Source of the DNA: Hypanus sabinus
Lineage: Eukaryota
Assembly (NCBI RefSeq): GCF_030144855.1
Contig: NC_082712.1
Coordinates: forward strand, 80,724,001-80,788,000
Direction of reading: 5' to 3'
Length of the DNA: 64,000 bases
Positions 24,292-36,845 of this stretch are shown in pieces; positions within the stretch are counted from its first letter, which is position 1; each line of letters starts with the position of its first letter. The position numbers and the translations under genes were made by a program. The notes beneath the pieces are model-generated. The model was not told where the DNA came from. It saw only the letters and a program-made list of their open reading frames with translations, and did no database searches.

Positions 24292-25608
24292 CTTCTGGTT
24301 CCTTGACCTTCTTTCCGCCAGACAACCTGCGCTGCCAGCCCCTGCTGGGTCCTCCAGCTGCCTCACCCCCGGAGCCTGCTGCCGGTCGGGACTCAGCGCT
24401 GACCAGCGACTTAGAGCAGCAGATGGAGATGGAGGAGGATGGGCGCTCCTGCACTTGCTGGGTCTTCACTGTGGAGTGCGTTGTGATGCTGGCGGTGACA
24501 CAGGCCTTGGACCTCAGGCTGTCATAGGCGGGAGGGCGCCTACACGCCCCCGGTAGGTAGGGCCAGAAGACGGCTGCAGGCGCCGGCAGGCCGGTGTGCT
24601 CCAGCATCCCGTGGGCCATGGGCATTCGGCAAAGGCCGGACAGGGGCCGGGAGCCAGTGCTGCCCCTCCCCGCTGGGTGGAAGATGCTGGGCAGCTCTTT
24701 GTCAGTGGCCATCTTTGCCTCCCCAGGGACGTGGGCCAATAGTGGGTGGGCCGTCACCCTGACCGAGGAGCAGACGACACTGAGTGAGGCCAGCTTGTCC
24801 CTGTCGACCTTGGGCGGGCCGAGGGCTGGTGGCACTTGGGCCAGTGCTTTGGATGGTGTGCAGACCATGGTCTGGGAGTTGGGCAGCTCCTTCTCGGGCC
24901 GGTACGGTGCTGATGCTTGCGGCGGCAATGGGGTGGAGTGGCTCCTCGCACGACCTGAGGGAAGCAGCGGACCCAAAGGGGGTCTGTCCTCCTTCTGGGG
25001 CCGTGGGGTCCCTGGGCTGGGAGGGGGTTCTCCGTGGGGTGGTGGGGGAGGAGGTGCCTCCGGGTAGACCTTCTGGCCGCCGCCACCTTGGGGGAAGGCA
25101 AGGAGGGGAGGACGGTGGAGTAGGAGGTTAGGAAAGGGGGGTGGGATCTCATATGGCTGACCCCGAGAGCCAGGTTGGTGGCTCTTGGACGCCCCGTGGC
25201 CGGCATCTCCAGGAAGCCTGGGGGTCGTCTCAGAGTGCTTGCCCCACTTGGCCTCCCGTGGACCTTCCTCAGCCAGTGGGTACTTCATCTCCTCATAGAT
25301 GGCCTCGCTGTGCTCTGAGTCCTCGTCAGCAGCGGCCGCCTGCTCCTTGAACACGTCACCCACCATTTCGATGTAGACAGGCTCCTCCTCCTCTTCCTCA
25401 TCCTCGCCCCGCCTCTCTCCCTCTTCCTCCAAGCCACGCCGGGAATGGCCTCCCCTGGGGCAGACGCTGGCTGGAGGTGCCGTCGCCCGACCAGGACATG
25501 CCTCGTCGAAGGACACGGAGAGCTGGGCACTGGGGCAGAACTTGGCCTTCAGTGGGAGGAGCCTCTGCCCAACACTGTCGCCTCCCTTGGCACCAGATCT
25601 CTGGGGAG
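24292..25608 (-). CDS. nyap1: NYAP1 large central exon (1317 nt) with both YxxM motifs
   Basis: QLSVSFDE, EEEPVYIEMVGDVF, EAIYEEMKYP, EIPPPFPNLLLHRPPLLAFPQ, SGRARSHSTPLPPQ, RPPAYDSL. Acceptor tttcccttccag| at 25608, donor GAAG|gtaaga at 24292, phase 1-1. Confidence 0.95.
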
Positions 25609-26864
25609 CTGGAAGGGAAATTAAAAAAAGGTCTCATTGGTGCCTGAGAGGTTAAAAACTGATCTCTGATGCACGCCAACTAGGAAGGCTGTCTCCTGTT
25701 ACAGCAGAACACAATGGGCTGAGCGGTCACAGGATGTAAGATGTGATTCACCTCACCTCCATTTCCCTCTCCCCATTGTCACCTCCTGATTCCCACTCTC
25801 TGTGGTAAACAGCCTCCCTTTCCTATCCCACTGCATTAACATGAAAAATTAGTTTTCCCAATGTAAGAATGACAAACCTCAGCACCATTGGAACATCAGA
25901 TGTCAATTTGAATTCTTTGTCATGCAAACAAGTACAGTGAGGTACAGGTATAATTAAAAACCTTCCATGTGACAACATCACAAGTCTGTACCTTCGGGCA
26001 ACATGCAGAACATTAATTATGACACATGGCGAAAAAAATGTTCAAAAGCATGGCCTTATTACAACAACCAAACAGCACAAAGAAAATCACGTCCATAATA
26101 ATGCAAGAGATTTAAAAGGTGAAATAAGTGATTTCTAATATCAGGAATGCCAGGAGAACATGATATTGAGAATAGGATAGGATATTTCCTGAGCAACACA
26201 GATAAAATGCTGGAGGACCTCAGGAAGTCAGGTAGCATCTAAGGAGAGGAATATGATACATGTTCCTAAACCTGGTGGTGTGGGATCTTGGGTTTCTGCA
26301 TCTCCTTTCTAATGGGAGCAGTGAGAAGAGGGCATGACCTGGATGGTAGGGATCTTTGATGACAGATGCCATCTTCTTGAGGCAATGCCTCCTGTTGATG
26401 CTCTCAGTGGTGGGGGAGGATGTGCCCAAGGTGGACCTCAATATCCTATTCTTCTGGCATTCCTAATGTAAGGAATCACTTGCAGTCCTGGTAAATCTCC
26501 TCTGCACCCTCTCTAAAGCCTGCACATCCTTCCCAAAATGAGGTGACCAGAAATCTCCTAGTTTTAGATTCTCTTGTGTACCTAATAAAGTGGCCACTGA
26601 GCATGTTTGTGGTCTTCTGGTGCTGTGTGATCAGATATGCTCTTTTGCACACTGCTGTTGTAATCTGTAGTTATTTGAGTTACAGTTGCTTTCAGTTTGT
26701 ACTAGTCTGGACATTCTCCTCTGCCCTCTCTCATTAACAAGGCATTTCACCCACTGAACTGCTGCTCACTGGATGTTTTTTTTTTAATTTTTTGCACCAT
26801 TCTAGGTAGATTAGGCAGAGTAATAGTTTGGTGTGGATTAGATGGGCCAAAAGGCCTGTTCTGT

Positions 26865-27475
26865 AGGACAATACAAGTGGGTAAGTTATTGGAAGGTATT
26901 CTAAAGGACTGGATATTTAAGTATTTCAATACACAAGGACTGATTAAGGATAGTCATCATGGCTTTGTGCTTGGTAGGTCATGTCTATCTATCTGGTATT
27001 TTGAGGAAGTTACCAGGAAAGTTGCTGAAGGCAAGGCAATGAGTTCTGTCTACATGGACTTTAGCAAGGTCTCTGACAAGGTCCTACATGGGAGGTTGGT
27101 CAAGAAAGTTCAGTTGCTCGGCATTTAGGATGAAGTAGTAAATTGGACTAAACATTCACTGCGCAAAGAGTGGTCATAGATGGTTGCCTCTCTGACTGGA
27201 AGCCCCTGACTAGTGGTGTGCCGCAGGGATAGGTGCTGGGTCCATTGTTGTTTGTAATCTCTATCAATTATCTGGATAATGAATCGGTTAACTGAATCAG
27301 CAAATTTGCAGATGACACCAAAATTAGGGGTGTAGTGGACAGTGAGGAAGGCTACCATGGCTTGCAGTGGGATCTGGACCAGCTGGAAAACGTGCTACGA
27401 AGTGGCAGATGAAAGTCAATATAGGCAAATGCAAGATATTGTACTTCAGCAGGACCAACCAGGGTAAATACTTGG
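26865..27475 (+). mobile_element. CR1 RT fragment within a Tc1-like MITE remnant (~26570-27850)
   Basis: SHHGFVLGRSCL, YMDFSKVSDKV, KFADDTK. Terminus gtacctaataaagtggccactgag at ~26578. Confidence 0.7.
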
Positions 27476-27941
27476 CTGGGAGGGGTATGGAGGCCTATAG
27501 TTCAAGTGCCGGTTGATGGGATCAGGCAGAAGAAAAACTTGGCATGGAGTAGACTGGTTGAAGGGCCCACTTCTGTACTGTAGTATTCTATGACTCTATT
27601 CTCTAAACTCTGGAGACTGTTGTGCGTGAAAATCCCAGGTCAGCCAACTCCAAGATACTCAAACTGCCCCATCTGACGGCAACAATCATTCCATGGGCAA
27701 AGTCACTTAGATCACATTTCTTTCCTCTTCTGATGTTTGGTCTGAACAACTACTAAAACTCTTGACCATATCTGCATGTTTTTATGTACTGAGTTGCTGC
27801 CATATGATTGATCGATTAGAGCAGCTGAATGTAACAAAGTGGGTACTGTGTGCCTTTCGTGTTTCAGATTCCCCTAGGTTAATATTGTCTCACTGTTGAC
27901 ACAATGGATGGTTTGGTTCCTCTACACTCTCCTGTCTGTCT

Positions 27942-27942
<1 letters not shown>

Positions 27943-27972
<30 letters not shown>
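27943..27972. repeat. (AC)n microsatellite
   Basis: Direct reading. Confidence 0.95.
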
Positions 27973-27975
<3 letters not shown>

Positions 27976-29498
27976 TCTGAAGTCTTCCTTTGTACTCAGT
28001 ACTTAATTTCAATCTTGCAACCTCTCCAACATCTGAGAGTTGCTAATCCTCCCACCCCACACATGATCTCCCTGTTCTGCTGTCCAGCTGCCTAGGCGCC
28101 TAGGCAGAGAATCCTAGAATTCCCTCCCAAAACCTCAGGACATTCCTCCTCTTAGGGCGACACGCTGAAATCCATCTCTTCTTGTGCCAAAAATCCAAAT
28201 ACCTGGGTGGGTAGCTCAGCATCAAGATTGCATGTTAAACATTTGGGGTATTTAATGGATGGTGGTGGTGGTGGGGCGGGGGGGTGGGGAATTTCCTTAT
28301 GCAAGTTGCTCTACCAGTCCTGGGAATATAAGGTGGAAGGGGGTCTTTAGTGTACCTCTAACTGTGCTGTCCCGACCGTTGTTCCCCACTTTTCAAAATG
28401 AGATTTATTCAGCGATTACAGCATCACATAATGACAATACTTCAATGTTCCACCATTCACACAAGTTAGAGTCACATTGAATTACAGTACTACCATCTCC
28501 ATCCAGTACACACTCAAGCCTCTAGCACCTACTGCTCCAGGAAATCCCCCCATGGATACCCTGTGCTCTTTCTCCATGGACACATAGGCACAGATGTCCA
28601 TAACCCTGGAAGAGAGGCAGGCAATTGGCTTGGGTAAAAGCCCCACTGCGCCTGGACTCGTGAATGGTCAACTTGGCCGGGCTCCGGAGAAACCGGACAG
28701 GCGATCCTTCGAGCAACCTACTCCTTTTGACTCAACATCAGGAGCACGGGGCTGAAGTGCAGCCTGATCTCGAGCAGCAGCCCCCTTCAGATTCTCAAAT
28801 AGTGGATGCAATCTCTCAAGACTCTGTAGATACAAAATACTTTTCCCAGCTGGAGAAATGGTAGGTGGCTGTAGAGAGTACACACACTGGCTTAGAAATC
28901 TATTACACTGTACAGCTCTAGGCAAAACTACCCCACCCCAGGTTACCAGTGTAAATATGGGGGTTGGGGGAGAACAGGGCTGAGGGAACTTTACTCTGTT
29001 GTCCCTAACCTGGGAATGTGTGCTGGGGTAGCACAGAGCAGGCATTCCCAACATGGGAACCCTTGGTTAATGGTAGAGGTCTATGGCATAAAAAATGTTG
29101 GGAAATCTGGTGTAGACAGAGCTTTACTCTCCCCCATGCCAGCCATTCTCTTTTCCTCCTTCTGTCAGACAGAAGATACAAAAGCCTGAAAGCAAGAACC
29201 ACCAGGCTCAAGGACAGCTTCTACCTTGCTACTATAAAATGATGAAATGGACTTATTGTACAATAACATTAACTTGTTATCTCACTGTCTCTCTCGGCAT
29301 GGACTTGAACCTGAATGTTTACCTGTACTGCACTTCCTCTGCAACCAAACACTTCAGTCTGCATTTTGTTACTGTTTAACTTGCACTAGTTCAGTGTACA
29401 CTTAGAATGAAATAATTCTGTATGGATAGCATGCAAAACAAAGTTTTTCAGTGCATCTCGGTACACGTGACAATAACAAACCAATAACAACGTTAAAC

Positions 29499-30142
<644 letters not shown>

Positions 30143-32589
30143 TCAGTGGGAGGGGAGAGGGTTACAGAGTTGGGGAGGGGAGGAGAAATAGGGGGAGGAG
30201 GAAGAGGGGCAGAAGGAACAGACAGTGGGAGAACAGGAAGGACAGCAAGAGTAGAGATGAGGAGGAAGGGGGAGGCAAGGTGGGGAAAAGGGAAGGGGGA
30301 CCGGGGAAGGGAGAGTGAAAGTGGGGTTGGCCAAGGAAGAAGGGAGAGTGGGGGGAGATGTGGAGGGATGGTGTGTGGTGGGTGGGGAAAGGAACACACA
30401 ATAAAGGACAGATGGGGGGGGGAAGAAGGGTTCAAGACGAGAGAACGGTTAGTTTAGACAGAGGAATGAATATACATTGGGTTTCCTCCTTCTGGAAACA
30501 ACATTGGTTCAAAATGTCTATTTCTGATACCTGCTCTTGAACTGAGACATCTCCATCGCCACATTTCTTGCTGACAAGAAGCGGCCTAAGAATATATTCC
30601 GACATTTGTTCAATTGACAGCTGACCTGACAGTGTCCAACAAGATCATCATGTCTCAGTTCCCTCTATGCCTGGAAAATTATTGATCTCCGGTTTGAATG
30701 ACCTCAAGTTTTAATTGACTTGGATTATGAATTGAAATAACAAAAATAGGCAATTAAAAAATGGTGCTTAGTAGGGAAACTTCATGGTGATTTTCATGAT
30801 CAGCAGACCAAAATCTATAAGATACATCTGAAAGCATTCAGGAGGCAAAATCTTTGTTGTCCAGTGATATCAACGAGATGTCCTGGTCTTCGATATTAAA
30901 CCAAGCACAACATGGATGGATTTCAGAATGATTGTGGTATGATATCCTCACCCCTGTGCTCAATTCCTCTTGTGACACCATGGAGACACAAGAGGCTGGA
31001 ATCTTGAGTAACTCGCACTATAGAGGGGCTCAGTTGGTCACCATCTCCTCCATTTGCATACTACCACCCCTCAGCCCCCCCAACCCAGATCCACCTGTCA
31101 CACAGAAAGCATTCCAACTGCTTCCATCATGGCTGGTATGGAAATTCCCAATGCTCAGAAATAGAGGCTGTAGAGAGTGGAGGGACCCAGTAAGTTCTAT
31201 CCTGGATACCGCTCTCTCTACTATCAAGGGCATCTACAACAGGAGATATCTCAGGAAGGTGACATCCACCATCCAGGCTGCACCCTCTCTTCAATGCTGT
31301 CATCATGCAGGAGCCTGAAGACCCACACCTCAAGGTTCAACAATAGCTCCTTCCCCACCACCATCAGATTCCTGCACCAATCTGAAAATCCCTACCCCTA
31401 CCTCAGACTATTTAATTTTCTTTCACTCTCTCTCTCCCTACTTGTGTGCTGTAATGGTGGTTTTGTTAGGTCTTGAATGTCCACTTCCCTCCAAAGATGT
31501 TCCCTTTCCTGCTGAGTTCCTACAGCCTCTTCTGACAAAGTCTACCAGACCTTTTGAATTCCTGTGCCCAATAAATGCAGTCTCCCACAGGAAAGGACTG
31601 AGACTCCCATCCTAGTCCATTAGACAATGGGATAAGGAAGCAGGCTGAGGCTGCTGTGTCAATGAAATCAGCTCCGCTTTTCGATCATTGCTGTTTTTTC
31701 TGGCTTACAAACACAGTTTCTCACCTTAATCCATTTTCTAGTCAAGAACCTTAAGTATACTTGATTACTTGGTTTCCACAGCCCTCTGACAATAAATTCT
31801 AGATTGACTGCTGTCTGGCTGAAGAAATTCCTCATCTCAGTTTCAAGATGTCACAGGAACATCCCCTTTATTCTGAGGCTGTGCCCTTGGATCCTCTGCT
31901 CTCCTGCAGATGGCAACACCCTCTCCTCATCCACTCTATTCAGCCTTTTATGTATCCAGTAGCTGAACTCAGGTGAGTACAGGCTCAGAGACATTAGACA
32001 GAGGTTCCCAAACTGGGGTCCACAGTTCCCTTGCTTAAGGGCATTGGTCCACAGCATAAAAAGGGTTGGAATCCCTTCACTAGAGCAACACACTGAAATG
32101 TTGGAGGAACTCAGCAGGTCAGCAACCTCATATGGAAATAAAAAAACAGTTGACATTTTGAGCCAAGACCCTTTGCTGAAGAAGACAAATGCTTCTGATA
32201 CATTAACCCTTTCATCACTGGGATCATTTTTGTGAACCTCCTCCGGAGTAATTATACAAATATCTGCCCTTCACCCTCAGAGAGATCTGTAGACAGTCTG
32301 AAGTCTCAAATTCCAGCTTGATTCAAGGTATCGATACACTCACTGGGATCTCTCAGTTCCTCTCTGCCAGGATGTAATACGTCTCCGTACCTCTCTGTCA
32401 GAGAGGCATCTGTCCCCTAAAATCTCTTCAATGTATGGAGTTGGGTGGATAGAGACCTAGAGACCTAGGTTCAATCCTGACCTCTTGGGGGGGTCAGTCT
32501 GCCCTTTTGAGCTTTCATTTTGGTTTCTTCCCACATGCCAATGATGGGTATCGGTCGGTTATCTGGTTGAAGGGTAGAATCTGGAGAGA

Positions 32590-32965
32590 ACCCAGTATGA
32601 GTACACACATCTCTGGAGGAGAGGGAAAGAGAAACCCTAATCAATGTAACAATCTCTGAGGTAGGGGATAAAGGGAGACCACAGATCTCTAAGGTAGAGG
32701 AAGAACCCAGTCAATGAATAGATATTTCCAATGGAGAGGGATTCCCAAGTCTGTACAGATCTCTCCAAGAGTGAGGGATACCACAATCAGTGTACAGAAG
32801 GGAGTGCGCGGGGGTGGGGGGGGGGGGGGGGAGGGGAGAGGGAGAGGGAGAAAAAAACTGATCTCTCTTACAAAGAGGAATACACCAGTCAGTGTGCAGA
32901 TCTCTTGGAGGGTGAAAAAGACCCCAGTCAGTGTATAGATCTCTCCAAGGAAGAGCTCAGATACC
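32590..32965. repeat. Degenerate ~38-bp tandem repeat
   Basis: Recurring ccagtcagtgtacagatctct-like motif followed by purine runs. Confidence 0.5.
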
Positions 32966-34009
32966 ATATTTTATTTTATTGATATATGCAGCAGGGAACA
33001 GACCCTTCACACTCAACAAGCCATAAAGTCCAGCAACCTGCCTATTTAACTCTCAGCCTAATCACAAGATAATTTATAATGACCAGCCAACCTTCTAACC
33101 TTTGCTGGACTGCAGGAGGAAACTGTAGCACTCAGAGGAAACCTACACAGTCACGAGGAGAACGTACAAACTCTTTACAGGCGACTTCAGACTTGATCCC
33201 TGAACTTCAAACCCCTGAGATTTAGTAACGTCTTGCTAACTACTACCATGGAGCCCCAATATCTCACTGAATAATGAAGTCCTTTGTTTCTTTAGCAACT
33301 ATCCATCTATTTAACGTCTGAGCATCACAGACTGTGATCACCATCACTAGGGATGAAGTAGCTGGCTTAATGCCTGGTCCCTGGTCATTCTGGTCCACAT
33401 AAAGCACACAGACTCTTCTAAGGCCCCTCTCTCATGGGAAAACCAAGATGGGCATTGAACAGCACCTGGGAAAGAATGGGATAAAGCAGGAGGCAGAGAG
33501 GAGGCTTGAATCTATGGAACAGATGAGGGAAAGGACTGAAGAGGAATGAGTGAGGGATATTACCAGACAAGGAAGAATAGAGTGAGTCATTCCAGTTGGG
33601 ATTGAAGAGATGCTGCTCATGCTTGGAACATTTCTATCAGCTTACAGCCCCAATCTAGAGAAAGAATTAAAACTTCATGGAGAGATACGTATCATGGAAA
33701 CAGGTCCTTCAGCCCAAAGGGTCCATGCCAACCCAGTTACACCAATCCTGTTTTATCTGCCCTAGCTTCAAATCATTTCCCACAATACCTCCCCAGATTG
33801 TAGTTTTCACCCACACACTGCGAAGGTGGGGGGCAATTGAATAGCAGCCTACGTGTTTTTGGGGGTTAGGAGGAAACTTTCGCTGCTGGGGAAAACACAT
33901 GCGAAAATTACAAATAAACGCACAAGCACAGTGATAGTGCTAGAGGTCATTTTGAACCCGAGTTTGATTTTTGGCTGACATCTAGGAAGGTTAGGTCTTA
34001 GATCTCCTC

Positions 34010-34345
34010 CAAGAGGACTGCAACCTTGTTGTAGGGTTTGGTGACTTGCGTGCCTCAATGACCCGGGGAGCTATGATGGCTGGAGTCAGGGCCTAGAACT
34101 TTACCTCTTGGTAGGGTGACCCATGTCAAACAGGTCAAAGGATAGAGGTCAGACTAAGAGTGGTTCACTGGTCCTCCAGGTTCAGGGGCTCAACTCAGGG
34201 CTAACAACCCTGAGTGGTCAAAAAAAAGTTATGGAAACAGCAATGAAGAATCTTTCTACATCTGTGTGCAGATGGAGTATGGACAGACAGGTGGAAGACC
34301 TTCATTGCTGCCCTAAATGCAAGAGGCATAACAGGCAGTAAGTAA
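34010..34345 (+). mobile_element. Short non-autonomous RTE-like element (second copy ~42030-42450)
   Basis: Two colinear copies: ccttgttg...cttgcgtgcctcaatgaccc...gctggagtcagggc...gaccttcattgctgccctaaatg...(gtaa)n tail. Confidence 0.6.
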
Positions 34346-34559
34346 GCAAGGTCTCAGATCTGAGGGGCTTATGGACTGGCCCAGAGAGACACTTCCTGAC
34401 CATTGGGAAGGACAGGCATAGAGAGTGCAAAAGGGAAGATTAAAGGCTGGAACAGAACATACATGAGTGCATGAAAGAGACTAAGAGTGAGACACACACA
34501 CACATACACCCACACACACGGAGGGTCAGACTGAGGGGATGATCATTCAACTTCTTAAA

Positions 34560-35160
34560 TTAAAGTATGAGCACAGGACATGGGGCATTATGTTGAAGTT
34601 GTATAAGATATTGGCGAGGCCCAGTTTGGAGTAATGCGTGAAGTTTTGGTCACCTACCTACAGGAATGATGTAAACAAGGTTGAAAGAGTACTGAGAAAA
34701 TTTACAAGGATGGTGCTGGATCTGGAGGACCTGGGTTACGAGGAAAGATTGAACAGGTTAGGACAGCATTCTTTAGCATGTAGAAGGCTGAGAGGAGATT
34801 TGATAGAAGTATACAAAATTATGAGGTGTATAGATAGGGTAAATACAAGCAGGCTTTTTCCACTGAGGTTGAGTGGGACTGCAACCAGAGGTCATGGGTT
34901 AAGGGAGAAAGTTGAAAAGCTTAATGGGAACATGAGGCAAAACTACTTTTCTCAGAGGGTGGTGAGAGTGTGGAATGAGCTGCCAGCACAAGAGGAGCAT
35001 GCAAGCTCAAGTTCAGTGCTTAAGAGAAGCTTGGATAGGTACATGGATGGTAGGGGTATGGAGGGTTATGGTGCCACGGGACTAGGCAGTTTAAATGGTT
35101 CAGCACAGACTAGAGGGGCCAAAGGGCCTGTTTATTTGCTGTAGTTTTCTTGACTCTATG
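34560..35160 (+). mobile_element. CR1 3' fragment
   Basis: ORF 34638-35144 FWSPTYRNDVNKVERV...RLRGDLIEVYKIM...FSQRVVRVWNELP. Confidence 0.88.
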
Positions 35161-36244
35161 GATTAAAGAAGTCATTATCAATTTCTCTTCTGTCAGAGGG
35201 ACAATGCACCAGATGGTTACCTGGGTTGAAAACAGGATTCACAGATAGCAACACAGTGGGTAGAGGTGCTGCCTTCCAACTCCATCAATCTGGGTTCAAT
35301 GCTGACCTCCAGCACTGTCTGCGTGGAGTTTCCACGATCTTCTTTAACTGCCCATGATGCTCTGGTTCCCTCTCATATCCCAACGACGTGTGGGGTCAGT
35401 GGGTTAATCATCTGCTGTAAATTTCTCCTCAGAGTGAGGGTTTGGGAGAGAAGAGAGTTGGTGGTAATAAAATAGGATCAGAGTGACTGATAGCTCACAC
35501 AGACCTGGTGGGCCAAAAAGCCTGCTTCTAATCTGTGTGACTCCCGGTTTAGTGTAGAAGGGCAGTTGATTGTCACCAGAGATCTGATGAACAGAAGGGC
35601 CCATTTCTTTGTTGGTTGACTCTGTAACATTGACTGAGGCCTTGGCAACAGACTGAAGATGATATCTCATCAGAATCTTCAAATGTACTCAAGCCCCATT
35701 GGAACAGAATCAGACCATTCAGCCCATCCATCTTCTCCACCACTCAATATGGCTGAGCTATCTTTTTCAACATCATTCTCCCAATTTGCTCTGTAAACCT
35801 TATCATCCCTTATCAAGAACCTGGAAACTTCAGTCTTAAATACACCCAATGACATGGCCTCCACAGTTGTCAGTGGCAACGAATTCCACAGATTCAACAT
35901 CCTCTGGCTGAAGAAATTCCTCCACATCTCAGTTCTAAAGAGACATCCCTCTATTCCAGGGGTCCACACTCCACTCCCACCAATTACCGAGAGAGTCTTG
36001 GACGCCAGGTTGGAAACTGCTACTCTATTCTGAGGTTGTGCTCCCAGATCCTAGACTCTCCTACTAATGGAAAAATGAGATCTCTCCCCACGTCCATCCT
36101 TCTGAGCTCCACCAAACAAAGGCTCAGAGACATCAAACCTTGTAAGCCAAGCCAAGGTTGAGATGTATGCTTCTGAGGATAATGCTTGCAGGGTTGGGGG
36201 CTACGACAGATCGGGGGGGGGGGGTGAGTGGGAGAGGGCTTTAC

Positions 36245-36444
36245 CTTTTCTTCGGTTCCTCCTCCCTGTGCTTCCAATCCACCTTGGTTTTACGGTACAG
36301 CAGGTTCATCTCGTGGCGGAGGGAGCGGCCAGCGCTGTCAGAACTATATCTGAGGCTTGTTAGTGAGTTGTAAGCCTTCAGACCCTTCTCCTCGATGAAC
36401 TGCAGAAAACTGCTGATGGCTGCATCCTGGAGGCCACTGGACAT
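36245..36444 (-). CDS. nyap1: NYAP1 first coding exon (exon spans 36492-36245; ATG at 36444)
   Basis: Encodes MSSGLQDAAISSFLQFIEEKGLKAYNSL...HEMNLLYRKTKVDWKHREEEPKK, matching the recalled mammalian NYAP1 start MNLLYRKTKLEW. Acceptor ctctgccaacag|GAG at 36492, donor AAG|gtaaag at 36245, phase 2. Confidence 0.9.
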
Positions 36445-36554
36445 CTTCCAGGGGCCAGGTGTTGGGGGCAAAACTGCGGGCGCCAGCCCCTCCTGTTGGC
36501 AGAGAACACGTCACACTCAATGTTGGGATTGACACAGTATGAGGCTCTTTCTAC

Positions 36555-36845
36555 CCTGATCCATCACTCCCAAGGTCAGACACAGACAGAAGCTCCCTCT
36601 ATACTGTCCTAAAGTCAGACACAAAGTGAAGCTCCCTCTTCACTGTCTCAATACACACTCAATGGGTCAGACGCAGAGTGGAGCTCCCTCTACTGTCCCA
36701 CCACACATTCCTGGGACAAGGGCAGATAAAGTGAAGCTTTTTCACACTGTCCCAGCACACACATTCCCAGGGCAAGGATTGCACAGGCTGGACACAAAGT
36801 AAAGATCTCCTCATACTGTCTTGTCAGACACTCCCGAGACAAGTA
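36555..36845. repeat. Degenerate 52-bp minisatellite in opposite orientation
   Basis: gtgaagctccctcttcactgtctcaatacacactcaatgggtcagacgcagag is the reverse complement of the 29.5-kb unit. Confidence 0.85.

Noticed and set aside
24131-25350. Several long plus-strand and alternate-frame ORFs
   Set aside because: Shadows of the GC-rich nyap1 exon; no independent motifs or splice signals.
25878-25898. REST/RE1 site (tcagcaccattggaac)
   Set aside because: Only the left half-site matches; the GGACAG half is absent.
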